The notes under the pieces are model-generated. The model had not been told where the DNA came from. It saw only the letters and a list, made by a program, of their open reading frames with translations, and did not search any database. 46,311 nucleotides of DNA. It comes from a virus. Lineage: Duplodnaviria; Caudoviricetes. Within the stretch, counting starts at the first letter, position 1, and each line of letters opens with the position of its first letter. Made by a program: the position numbers and the translations under genes. The stretch is taken from the IMG/VR virus record IMGVR_UViG_3300028145_000044, positions 1 to 46,311 of that record. One strand, written 5' to 3'. Below are positions 1 to 8,295 of this stretch, piece by piece.

Positions 1-123
1 CACGGAGGCTCCCGTGATTCCTCATTCGATGGCGAAGGTGAAGCTTGCAAACTTCGATTTCGGCGTCGGTGAGATCGACACTAGCCTCGATATCGTCGCG
101 CGGTTTCATCTGCTTTCCCTTTC
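1..123 (+). repeat. Direct repeat of 46060-46182 (circular overlap)
   Basis: Base-by-base identity of 1-123 with 46060-46182. Confidence 0.95.
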
Positions 124-136
124 GACGCGCGTTAAC

Positions 137-328
137 TCAATATTGCTGGTTCGCGTGGGCGAGCGCGCAAGATCTACAGTACGGTTCCCATTCGTCATAT
201 TCGATATTTACTTGGCGCCACCAAACTTGTTGACCTCGCCGCATAGTGTGTGACGGACGGTCCAGAGCGCCAACGCAATCACGCTCGCCATCGGCAACTC
301 CGGTCTGCTCAAAGCCCTCGATCTGCAT
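137..328 (-). CDS. Small hypothetical protein with CxxC
   Basis: 63-aa ORF co-oriented with neighbours, YCRSCA motif. Confidence 0.6.
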   Translation of the reverse strand: MQIEGFEQTGVADGERDCVGALDRPSHTMRRGQQVWWRQVNIEYDEWEPYCRSCALAHANQQY

Positions 329-349
329 GTGCTTTACTTGCCGTCACCG

Positions 350-676
350 TTAAAACGGGATCTCGTCGTCGTGGAGCACCTTGATCGCCTTCCGCGGCCA
401 CACGCGCTCCAGCAGCCGGAACACGAACATGCGAACCGGGTAGGTCCGATCGCGCCACCATTGCCGGCGCTCCTCGCGCTCCATGTCGTCATTGTAGCGC
501 GCCTGGCGCTCGATATCGCGCTCGATTTCGTCTGTCGTCTGGTACCAGTAATAGCCGCACATGCAGCACTCCGCGCGGCCGGTGAGGATGTCGGATTCGT
601 ATTCCTCATGGTCGCACTCCGGCTCATCGCAGTAGGGTTCGTTCGGGTCTGAGCACTTCCACTGGTCATAGGTCAT
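350..676 (-). CDS. Acidic Cys-rich hypothetical protein
   Basis: GAGGAG RBS before ATG at 676; CDH...CCMCG putative Zn site. Confidence 0.7.
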   Translation of the reverse strand: MTYDQWKCSDPNEPYCDEPECDHEEYESDILTGRAECCMCGYYWYQTTDEIERDIERQARYNDDMEREERRQWWRDRTYPVRMFVFRLLERVWPRKAIKVLHDDEIPF

Positions 677-702
677 CCGAATCTCCTCACCGCCTATTGC
701 CG

Positions 703-957
703 TTATCGATGCCAGTGGGTTGGCGTCCAATCGCCCTCCCATCTTCCGTTGACCCACCGCGATCTCACCTCGATCTCGACAAGTCCATTCGGCAACCAGC
801 CCAGCGTAATGGGCTGACCGTCCCGCGGTGCGCTACTGATGTGTTTCCATGCCGTTTTTGCGTTCGTAGCGGCGAACTCTGGCGTGGAGACTGGCGATTC
901 CTTGAAAGACCGGCTTTGCATTTGATGGCGCCTCGTCGATACGTCGATTGAGCTCAT
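703..957 (-). CDS. DUF551-like small phage protein (start uncertain)
   Basis: WKHISSAPRDG...PTHW signature; 5' part overlaps the 833-1003 ORF. Confidence 0.55.
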   Translation of the reverse strand: MSSIDVSTRRHQMQSRSFKESPVSTPEFAATNAKTAWKHISSAPRDGQPITLGWLPNGLVEIEVRSRWVNGRWEGDWTPTHWHR

Positions 958-1003
958 CGAGCAATTTTCTCTCTTCGCGGTAGTCCTTTTCCGTGTAAGC
1001 CAT
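833..1003 (-). CDS. 56-aa hypothetical protein (not in ORF track)
   Basis: MAYTEKDYREERKLLDELNRR...ETHQ*, preceded by GAGGAG; the same 14-bp RBS context (CGGTGAGGAGATTC) precedes the gene starting at 676. Confidence 0.65.
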   Translation of the reverse strand: MAYTEKDYREERKLLDELNRRIDEAPSNAKPVFQGIASLHARVRRYERKNGMETHQ

Positions 1004-1049
1004 TTCAGAATCTCCTCACCGTTCTCTGACGTTCCGCGCCGCTCCGATA

Positions 1050-1155
1050 ACTGACCATGGCCTTGAAATGTCTCAACGTTCCTGATGCAGCGCGTTAAGA
1101 TTAACGAAGAATTTCCAGTTTAGAATCAATGCCCGCGTCAGTCATGGTCAGTCAC
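1050..1155. other. Candidate attP region
   Basis: Non-coding, abuts the integrase 3' end; central CGTTAA-GA-TTAACG dyad (1093-1106); tandem GTCAGTCA repeats (1137-1154) and an inverted copy ACTGACCATG (1050-1059) resembling arm-type sites. Confidence 0.6.
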
Positions 1156-2411
1156 TACGTTTTCGGCTTGTTCCTATGCTCGAGCCGGGCGATTTGGACG
1201 GTCGCGATCTTGTCCTCGGCCCCGCGGCTATAGCGCTGTGTCATCGAGATATTGCTGTGGGTCGCGGCGTGCCGAACGTGCTCTAGGTCAGCCCCGGCGT
1301 CCGTGGCCTCACTGATCGCGCCGGCCCGGCTGTCCATGTTCCGGACAGTCTTGGGCACGCCAGCAGCCTCCGCAACGATCCTCCACCACCGGCGGAACTC
1401 CGGGGCCGTCCATGGCAGGCTGTCCCACTCGGAAACGATGATCGGTCCCGTCGCCGGATGGTCGCGGTTCAGCGCCAGCTCCTCGAGCACCATCGGCGCG
1501 TTGCGGAGGCTAAGCTCGATCATCTTCTGCCGCTTGCTGGTCAGGTGCCGCAAGGTCATGTTCTGGTCGATCTCCTCCCAGCGGATCCCGCGGAGCCATT
1601 TCAGACCGTCGGCCTGCACGTCGGAGATCCCCGGCTCCCGGATCGGTACCCATTCCCCGATGACGTCTTTTTGCCGGAGCATGCATTCAAACTGAAATGC
1701 CTGGGCGAGGGCGATCGAGGGCCGCCCCATCTCGTGGGCCTTGGCGCGGATGGCGACCGCCTGGGCGGCCGTCAGGCGCTCGGTGCGGGGCTTGGGCATG
1801 GCGAAGCGCATCTTGCTCAGGATGCCCGATAGGCGCCCGCAATCGTCGTCCTCGAGGAGGGTGGCGCCGAAGCTGAACAGCGTGCGCAGCATTCCCATCT
1901 TGGCGTGGGCAATGGCGATCTTGCCGTCGGCGGTCCAGTCCTCGTGCAGGCGGCTGAAGGTCCGGCCCTTCAGATCGGCCAAGAGCTTGTCGCCATGTTC
2001 GGTCTCAATCAGCGACATGAGCGCATCGTAATGGATCCGGCTGTTGTATCTGATCTTGCGATATTGCGAATCCGGATCGGTCTGGTAGGCGCGCATCAAG
2101 GAGCGCAGCGTGCCGTCGAACGGGCTGACCTCGGGCAGGCCTCCGCGCGAGAATACCAGCATCTCCTGCTGTAGATCGTTGCAGCGGTCTGCGATGATAT
2201 CCCATTCTTCTTTCGTCGGTTCTCCAGTGCCGGTCCAAAGCTTCACCGAGGCAGGCGTAAATCCCGGCTTCCTTTCTTCGTTCTCATCGTCCTCGTTTTT
2301 CTTTGGAGGGTAGGCGAGGTCGGTACGGGCCTGCCAGCGGGCTTCCCACTTCGTACCGCGCTGCCTCCAGACGAGGCCTGGCGCGTTCCGGACCCTGAGC
2401 GGCTTAGTCAT
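1155..2411 (-). CDS. int: Tyrosine recombinase / integrase
   Basis: LRQKD (R), TSK (K), MDSR (HxxR position), ATHS (H), QRYSR (Y); AGGAG RBS before ATG at 2411. Confidence 0.9.
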   Translation of the reverse strand: MTKPLRVRNAPGLVWRQRGTKWEARWQARTDLAYPPKKNEDDENEERKPGFTPASVKLWTGTGEPTKEEWDIIADRCNDLQQEMLVFSRGGLPEVSPFDGTLRSLMRAYQTDPDSQYRKIRYNSRIHYDALMSLIETEHGDKLLADLKGRTFSRLHEDWTADGKIAIAHAKMGMLRTLFSFGATLLEDDDCGRLSGILSKMRFAMPKPRTERLTAAQAVAIRAKAHEMGRPSIALAQAFQFECMLRQKDVIGEWVPIREPGISDVQADGLKWLRGIRWEEIDQNMTLRHLTSKRQKMIELSLRNAPMVLEELALNRDHPATGPIIVSEWDSLPWTAPEFRRWWRIVAEAAGVPKTVRNMDSRAGAISEATDAGADLEHVRHAATHSNISMTQRYSRGAEDKIATVQIARLEHRNKPKT

Positions 2412-2658
2412 GGCTACTTCTCCTGGGCGAGGCATCCACCTTAAGCCCGTTCGTGCGGTCGAGGTAAGCCTTCACGGCCGGCCAATAGCGCCGGTTTCCC
2501 CACAAAGCTTTCTTCTGCGGGAAGCCCGAACCGCGGTCCCGATCGAGCGCGTGCAGTGCCGCTCGAGCGATCTTCTCCGGCACGCCCATGCGCCGGATCA
2601 GCTCTGCGTCGGTGACGTAGAGCGTTTCGCGGGTGTCAGGGTCGAGCGTGTCGGACAT
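2404..2658 (-). CDS. Excisionase-like winged-HTH protein
   Basis: Small basic protein directly upstream of int; GFPQK...RRYWPAVKAYL resembles Xis/AlpA-type proteins. Confidence 0.7.
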   Translation of the reverse strand: MSDTLDPDTRETLYVTDAELIRRMGVPEKIARAALHALDRDRGSGFPQKKALWGNRRYWPAVKAYLDRTNGLKVDASPRRSSHD

Positions 2659-2661
2659 TGA

Positions 2662-2763
2662 TCACTCGAAAAAAAGCGAAATGGCGCAAAGGAACGCGGC
2701 AAATCCCCACCCGCCGTGAACATCCCAGACAGCGATCATGATGATGACGGGTCTAATGAGCAT
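2662..2763 (-). CDS. 33-aa hydrophobic peptide (not in ORF track)
   Basis: MLIRPVIIMIAVWDVHGGWGFAAFLCAISLFFE* fills the gap between neighbours. Confidence 0.5.
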   Translation of the reverse strand: MLIRPVIIMIAVWDVHGGWGFAAFLCAISLFFE

Positions 2764-2772
2764 GTTGCTCTT

Positions 2773-3030
2773 TCAGTTCGTTAGCGCAGCTCGGCGCAAA
2801 GCTGCGGCCGTTGGCTTCGCATTCATGTAAGTGTGCCGCCCATTGTTCGGGTAGATGGAAAAGAAATCGCCCGTATCGACGTTGCGTCCCCAAGCCCAAT
2901 TGGGACACTGGTCACCCGTGGTCATCTCAAAGGTGCGGCAGCAACGATCGCAGAAGAAGCGACCTTCGCGATGATACGGGAGCGGCTTGCGCAGGCAGTT
3001 CGGGCAACGGCCCTTGTCGTCGAGCTTCAT
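2773..3030 (-). CDS. Zn-ribbon hypothetical protein
   Basis: CPNC...CDRC. Confidence 0.65.
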   Translation of the reverse strand: MKLDDKGRCPNCLRKPLPYHREGRFFCDRCCRTFEMTTGDQCPNWAWGRNVDTGDFFSIYPNNGRHTYMNAKPTAAALRRAALTN

Positions 3031-3046
3031 GTGCTTTAACCCGAGG

Positions 3047-3493
3047 TTATGGTGATGTCAGAGCGTGGCGGAGTGCGCGAGCGTCCCACAACGCATTATG
3101 TTGTACGGCTCCAGGGAGCGTAGTCGGATAGGAATCGACGCGGACAACCTCGGCCGCAAAGCGGTGAATGCTGACCATCTCTCCCGGTCCCGTAATCAAG
3201 ACTTGGCAGAGGTATTTCAGATCATCGGGCCAATCGACGATGATGTGAGGCCACCGGTCTCTTGCCAAGAACGCGGCGATCTTGTGCCCAATTTCATTGA
3301 GTGGGGTGCAGACAGGATCGGCATCACCACTCGTAAGTATCGGGATGACATTCTGCGCCACCCAATCGACAGCCGTCTCGCGGCGATCGATGTTGAGAAG
3401 ATAGAGTTCACGACCATCCTCCCCGACCATCGCAAGGCTGATCAGCTCGCCGCCAAAACCATTGAACTCTGTATCCAAAAAATATGTGGCCAT
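3047..3493 (-). CDS. DEDDh 3'-5' exo(ribo)nuclease
   Basis: YFLDTEF motif I, DWPDD, HNALWDARAL motif III. Confidence 0.8.
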   Translation of the reverse strand: MATYFLDTEFNGFGGELISLAMVGEDGRELYLLNIDRRETAVDWVAQNVIPILTSGDADPVCTPLNEIGHKIAAFLARDRWPHIIVDWPDDLKYLCQVLITGPGEMVSIHRFAAEVVRVDSYPTTLPGAVQHNALWDARALRHALTSP

Positions 3494-3510
3494 GTTTCCT
3501 TATCCGATGG

Positions 3511-3909
3511 TCAATGAAACTCTAGCGGCTCGCCGGCTTCAGCAGCCTCGCGCAGCCCCTTAATGAACTGCTCTGTCTTGCTCCGGTAATCGCCCAGGTG
3601 ACCGCCGCCATCACCGTGCAGGTTCGGCAAGAGGCCTTCCAGCCTATTCGCCAGCAGTCGACAGTGGTCTGGGCCAATCCGACCGTCGCAGTCCGAATGT
3701 AAAAGCAAAAACAGGACAGGATCGGCCGGCGCTTGCTTCCAGTTGCCGGCGTAGATTCCGCCGGTCGTGGTGTCTTCGCCGTCGTCGACGTCAAACCGAC
3801 CGGCTTCCCATTGCTGGCGATACCCGGAGACCTCCGCGATCTTCTCGCGGAAGCGATTGAATGCTGAATAAGCCCCGTGCCATGCGTCGTGTGTTGTATC
3901 GAGTCCCAT
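3511..3909 (-). CDS. Phage hypothetical protein
   Basis: MGLD...YSAFNRFR...HSDCDG...EFH pattern; AAGGA RBS. Confidence 0.75.
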   Translation of the reverse strand: MGLDTTHDAWHGAYSAFNRFREKIAEVSGYRQQWEAGRFDVDDGEDTTTGGIYAGNWKQAPADPVLFLLLHSDCDGRIGPDHCRLLANRLEGLLPNLHGDGGGHLGDYRSKTEQFIKGLREAAEAGEPLEFH

Positions 3910-3944
3910 ATGATTTCCTTTTCAACTCGTTAATGAAAGCTGGA

Positions 3945-4247
3945 TTAGCAGAATTCATATCGCTCGCGGAATGGCCGTTCTATTCCTTCGTACCAACCCT
4001 CGCCGTCATCGTCTTCCACGTCCTGACCTTCAGGCGGGAATGGTCCGAACGCGATAGCCATCAGACGACCAAGCGGCTCGTCCGGGAATGTCTCATCGTC
4101 GAACTCGGCATCAGCGCCGCGGAACATCTCCGCTGCCGCGTCGAGCACAGCCAGGGCTTTTTCCTTGCTGACAGGTTCACCGCCATTGCCTGCCCAAAAC
4201 CCCCGCGCTGCGGCTCCCATTGCGCGGCCAACGTCATGATTCCCCAT
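3945..4247 (-). CDS. Acidic hypothetical protein
   Basis: AGGAG RBS, operon packing. Confidence 0.7.
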   Translation of the reverse strand: MGNHDVGRAMGAAARGFWAGNGGEPVSKEKALAVLDAAAEMFRGADAEFDDETFPDEPLGRLMAIAFGPFPPEGQDVEDDDGEGWYEGIERPFRERYEFC

Positions 4248-4285
4248 GTCTCTCTCCTGTTTGCGTTACGTGGTGTGAAACGCTG

Positions 4286-4564
4286 CTATTCGCTGCAGGC
4301 GTAGTTCTGCGGGCACGCCGTCTTGCCGGCGCACTGCGATGGCTTGTAGCAAAACGGCGGGCACTTACCGGTCACCGGGTGATCAAATTGCCAGATGATC
4401 GGCTTTGCCGGATAGGGCAGAGGCTTCATGGTGAAGTTCTTGTACGGACCTCCACCAACCTTCTTGCCGCTGATCTTCTCGGCAATCTGAGCAGCATCGA
4501 ATTCGTTTCCTCCTTCGCAATACCCAGTCGTGCCGTCCGTGAACGTGATCCAAAAGCCCTTCAC
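4286..4564 (-). CDS. Cys-rich hypothetical protein
   Basis: GTG start after GGGAG; C-terminal CPPFC...C...CP...C. Confidence 0.7.
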   Translation of the reverse strand: MKGFWITFTDGTTGYCEGGNEFDAAQIAEKISGKKVGGGPYKNFTMKPLPYPAKPIIWQFDHPVTGKCPPFCYKPSQCAGKTACPQNYACSE

Positions 4565-4719
4565 TTCGTCTCTCCCTGTTTGCGGTCTGCGGTCTTTAAC
4601 GAATCTTGCGTGTGCTGCCAGATCACGCGCCATGCTTGGCGATAAATCTGATCCTCACCGACGTTGCGAGCATGGTCCTTCATCGCGAGGTAAATTGCGA
4701 TCGCATCTATCAAGGTCAT
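4561..4719 (-). CDS. 52-aa hypothetical protein (not in ORF track)
   Basis: MTLIDAIAIYLAMKDHARN...GETK*; ATGA/GTGA overlaps at both ends. Confidence 0.6.
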   Translation of the reverse strand: MTLIDAIAIYLAMKDHARNVGEDQIYRQAWRVIWQHTQDSLKTADRKQGETK

Positions 4720-5324
4720 TCCGAGTTGCCCTTCGCAGAAGTTAAAGCCATCGAGATCAACAGATCCCGAAACGGAATAGGCGTTGCTTTGGCCTCACGC
4801 TTGCTCAATTGGCCGATGCCGGCAGCGGCGAGCTCGGCCCGAGGTCGATCGGCGCTGATCCATGCCTCTGGGGGTGATCCTTTTCCCCATGGCAGATCCG
4901 GCAACTCGACACCGAAGGCATATAGCCACGTCGCCTTGCGTGCTCGGTGTCCATAATGCCTCTGCTCGACGTGTGCTGACCAGCCGCCGCAGAAGCCACG
5001 AACCCACCCCCCTGAACTCGGAGGGCGAGGAAGATCGAAAGCGGCCCAGGCCAGCGACACTGCGGGGTGCTCGAGCACGCCGCCCCAGCGCCGCACAGCG
5101 GCCAGCGCCGCGGCGAACGTGCCGCCGTCGTCTCCAACCCGATGACCGTAACGAGCCTGATTGACCGGCGCCATCTGGCACCAGCGATCGCAAGGGGGAT
5201 GGGCAACGACCGGATGTGTCCCGGCATATTGCCGCGCATCCCGTCGTATGTCCCACGGGTCTACGTTCGGAAGCCCGAAGTAGATTCCGTTGGTCTCGAC
5301 AAAGAGCGCAGCTACCATGCTCAT
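4716..5324 (-). CDS. Putative minimal cytosine-methyltransferase-like protein
   Basis: VVAHPPC (PC motif IV-like), VLEHP (ENV/ENP-like), Q..YGH...KATWLY; no clear FxGxG. Confidence 0.55.
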   Translation of the reverse strand: MSMVAALFVETNGIYFGLPNVDPWDIRRDARQYAGTHPVVAHPPCDRWCQMAPVNQARYGHRVGDDGGTFAAALAAVRRWGGVLEHPAVSLAWAAFDLPRPPSSGGWVRGFCGGWSAHVEQRHYGHRARKATWLYAFGVELPDLPWGKGSPPEAWISADRPRAELAAAGIGQLSKREAKATPIPFRDLLISMALTSAKGNSE

Positions 5325-5704
5325 GTTCCTTTTTCGTCAGTTAAAGCATGTATGGCCGCAACCTGAGCGATTTCCATCGGGCTCATCAAACGACGTAGCC
5401 CGTACTTATCGAATGCAATTTCGCTGCGGCGGAGTGATGGGAGCCTATCTCCAGCGAACGGCTCCAGCGCCTTCCGCGCGCTCGCAAGCTGGGCTTCTGT
5501 AACGACTGCGCGCAATTCATCTTTGCGGGAGATTTCTTTCCAATAGTTGCGCACTTCTTCGGTCTTCTCATTTGCGCTCGCAAGCTGGGCGCGGAGGCTG
5601 GCGATCTCATCTGCGGCCTCCTGATTCCACGATCTCGGGTTCTGGTCGGAGGATCGGAGAATTTCGATCAACCGTTCAGGCGTGCGCTTTTGGTATTCGC
5701 TCAT
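5321..5704 (-). CDS. Coiled-coil hypothetical protein
   Basis: EAADEIASLRAQL; ATGA overlaps. Confidence 0.65.
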   Translation of the reverse strand: MSEYQKRTPERLIEILRSSDQNPRSWNQEAADEIASLRAQLASANEKTEEVRNYWKEISRKDELRAVVTEAQLASARKALEPFAGDRLPSLRRSEIAFDKYGLRRLMSPMEIAQVAAIHALTDEKGT

Positions 5705-6084
5705 TTCCCCGCTCCCTCAACGATATGCGTGAGCGCCAGGCAGGCACGATGAAAGGAGGTGGGGATGTCATGCTCTCTGCGTTTCATCTCGTTGATCCCC
5801 TTGCGCACGTTCTCCAGCACCTCGGCGAGATCGGCGGGCGAGATCGGCTCGCCCTGAGGAGCGGGGGCGCGCACGTCTGGCGTTGCCCGCCGATAGTCGT
5901 TCTCCTGGCCGCAGCTAGGGACGTCGTCGATCGTGGGGGCGCGCACGTCGGACTGAGCGCGGAGGGCGGTAACGATGAGGTCCCGCTGCACACTGGTGAA
6001 TGCCGCAGAGATATCGCCGTAACTGTCGGGCTCACGACGTTCGAGGTATTCCGCTATATGTCTGGCCAGCATCTCGTTCGTCAT
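5701..6084 (-). CDS. Hypothetical protein
   Basis: Operon packing, ATGA overlap. Confidence 0.6.
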   Translation of the reverse strand: MTNEMLARHIAEYLERREPDSYGDISAAFTSVQRDLIVTALRAQSDVRAPTIDDVPSCGQENDYRRATPDVRAPAPQGEPISPADLAEVLENVRKGINEMKRREHDIPTSFHRACLALTHIVEGAGK

Positions 6085-6109
6085 GGCTCAACCTTTCCCA
6101 GTCGGGGCA

Positions 6110-7015
6110 TTAAAGAAAAAGTCCCTGCTGCGGGTCGTATCGCTCGGCACCTTTGGCCGATCGGCGGTAGTTGGAGAACTTTACTTTCTTGTAGGCAAAG
6201 CCGTTGACCCAACGCGCGACATCTCGCAGCAATTGCTCATTCCAGTCAAAGCGCGGAAATGGCTTACGCTCCAACGAATTTAGCTTGATATAGGGCTGAA
6301 CGTGTGGCTCCCCGCCCCAGGCGATCACTTCACGAATGCGCTCCATGCAAGCATCAAACGGTTCATTTCCGATCAGGACATAAACGCGCTTCTGCCGCGC
6401 TGGAACATCCTTGAGCATCTTCATGACGCGCTCGACCATGGGTCGCTCGGCAACGTCATCGAAGGCGAATCGCCATGGCCCCTTATTGATCCTGCGCCAG
6501 CGGGCAAATACCTCATCATCAAAGGTGCGCGGCTCAAAGCCGGAGTTGGCATCAAGCAAGGGAACATCCTCGGCGAGATATCGCGAGATTATAAAGTCCT
6601 GATAGTCCGCCGGAAGGCCGGAAAGGTTGTTGTCGCAGAGTACTGGACGCACCGGAAACTCAGGGAGCAGCGTGAATGCCTTTCCTTCCATTTTTGGCAC
6701 GATGCAGAACCAGCAGCCAACGGGACATCCTCGGCTTGCGATCGTCGCCGCAGGGTTATGACGCCACACGGCGTCGGGGTAATCCCCTCCGATCTCGGCA
6801 ATGTCAGCAAGGAAGTGTTTGCGGGTGAAGATGCCAGGGCCACCGGCCTTCACCTTGTAGCCGGCAGATCGGTACCACGCAGCGCGCTGATAGGCGTCGT
6901 TGAGTTTCCATGTGAAGGCGACCGACAAGAACGCGGTTTCGCCTTCTGTCCACTCAGCCAATCCACCCACCCAATTGCTCCGCTTGATGGCCACAATGCT
7001 TTCCCTAATTCCCAA
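6110..7015 (-). CDS. Radical SAM protein
   Basis: SRGCPVGCWFC (CxxxCxxC), DNN; N-terminal SVAFTW...AGGP resembles a reduced B12-binding domain. Confidence 0.8.
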   Translation of the reverse strand: MGIRESIVAIKRSNWVGGLAEWTEGETAFLSVAFTWKLNDAYQRAAWYRSAGYKVKAGGPGIFTRKHFLADIAEIGGDYPDAVWRHNPAATIASRGCPVGCWFCIVPKMEGKAFTLLPEFPVRPVLCDNNLSGLPADYQDFIISRYLAEDVPLLDANSGFEPRTFDDEVFARWRRINKGPWRFAFDDVAERPMVERVMKMLKDVPARQKRVYVLIGNEPFDACMERIREVIAWGGEPHVQPYIKLNSLERKPFPRFDWNEQLLRDVARWVNGFAYKKVKFSNYRRSAKGAERYDPQQGLFL

Positions 7016-7021
7016 TTACCG

Positions 7022-7201
7022 CTAATCGAGGTCGCGGGTGACGATAAGCTTTGCTTCGCGCACGCGCTCATAGACGCCAACTATTGCGGTATCTTCCGGG
7101 ACTTCCTCCAATGTTTGGACGCATGCGTAGATCACTCCATCCCTGCCGGCGTCGTAGACGTAGACGTACAGCATCTCAGGCATCTGCTTCTTTTTGGCCA
7201 T
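7022..7201 (-). CDS. Hypothetical protein
   Basis: AAGGA RBS before MAKKKQ. Confidence 0.6.
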   Translation of the reverse strand: MAKKKQMPEMLYVYVYDAGRDGVIYACVQTLEEVPEDTAIVGVYERVREAKLIVTRDLD

Positions 7202-7230
7202 ATGCTTTCCTTTGTTTCCCAAAACCGCAA

Positions 7231-8295
7231 CTAAGCGGGCTGCTTCAAAAACTCGATCGCCTTGCCGACCTTCTCGCGCAGCGGCTTGAACGGATGCTCG
7301 TCGGTCCAGGCGATCCGTTTGCGCTCGTCGGTCTGGGCGGTCCATGTGCTAGACAACTGATCCGGGTTCGTCGCGCCGCTGATGATCAGCGTCCATTGCG
7401 CCCAATATTCCGCGGCGGAGGGGACAGCCGCCCCAGCCTTCTCGGGGGGATTCCCGGGGCTGGTGGCCGGGGCGGCTGCTTCCGACGCGGTCTTGTCCTC
7501 CCGCGGCGAAATCAATTCCTGGGTGCTGCGCTGCTCGTGGTTGATCCGTGGTGCGTCGTAGGCCTCGCCTTCGATCTGCAGGCCGTGCGCTGGATTGATC
7601 CATGCGGCCTTGCCCCGCTCCTCGACGGCTTCCTCCATCGCGGCGGCGAGGTGAAAGCGCGGGTCGGCGTTGAGGGGCATCGCGCGGGAGAGCCGGCGCT
7701 TGGCCGACTTCGACGCCATCGCGGGAAAGCCGATCTTGAGATCGTTCCACGGGCTATCGCTACGGCTAGCGCCAGGGGATTTTTTCCGGATGTCGAGAAT
7801 GTCGTCGTAGCTCAGCACCGAGATGATCGGCGGCCGGCTGTTAGCTGAAGCGGTGGCCCACGCCGCGATGATCGGACGGTCTGGCTTGCCGAGCATGGGC
7901 TTGTGCCGAACAAATCCCTTGTCGCCGAGCTCGTAGTCGAAGGCGTCACCTTCGCGGACGACCTCGCCCTGCACCGTGAACCCAGATCGCGCGGCGAGCG
8001 TGTTCATGCCCTTGTAGCCGATGACGAGCTGCGCCACGCCCTTGAACGGGATGAAAAAAGCCTGACCCGTGATCCCGTCAACCTCCAGCGCCAGGCACGC
8101 CGCCGACATCGAGGCGTTGAGCAGGCTTTGCCGGTTCGCCTCCAGCAGTTTCGGGTTGCGCTCGACCGAGACCATGATCGACCGCATCAGCCGCTCGACC
8201 GGGATTGCGCCGGCCAGGGCCTGCTCGAAATGCGGCGCGAGCGGCATCAGCGTGTTTTCGAAAATTACGAGTTCAGATGCCACCGAAAGCCCCAT
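7231..8295 (-). CDS. recT: RecT-family ssDNA annealing recombinase
   Basis: NPKLLEAN..SL...GQAFFIPFKG.AQLVIGYKG...RSG, SPW...M..K. Confidence 0.9.
   Translation of the reverse strand: MGLSVASELVIFENTLMPLAPHFEQALAGAIPVERLMRSIMVSVERNPKLLEANRQSLLNASMSAACLALEVDGITGQAFFIPFKGVAQLVIGYKGMNTLAARSGFTVQGEVVREGDAFDYELGDKGFVRHKPMLGKPDRPIIAAWATASANSRPPIISVLSYDDILDIRKKSPGASRSDSPWNDLKIGFPAMASKSAKRRLSRAMPLNADPRFHLAAAMEEAVEERGKAAWINPAHGLQIEGEAYDAPRINHEQRSTQELISPREDKTASEAAAPATSPGNPPEKAGAAVPSAAEYWAQWTLIISGATNPDQLSSTWTAQTDERKRIAWTDEHPFKPLREKVGKAIEFLKQPA

Noticed and set aside
1-1089. Host chromosomal flank (attL) of an integrated prophage
   Set aside because: 1-123 is identical to phage sequence at the other end, and the ORFs look like the other phage accessory genes
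1090-1125. dif site, full CtrA box or tRNA-derived att core
   Set aside because: No XerD arm (TTATGTTAAAT-like); the TTAA half-sites are 2 bp apart, not 7; no tRNA 3'-end resemblance
127-5344. Classical integron with attC sites
   Set aside because: The gaps are only about 10-40 bp with no long imperfect palindromes, and AAC rather than GTT faces the gene starts; kept only as a weaker boundary-motif finding
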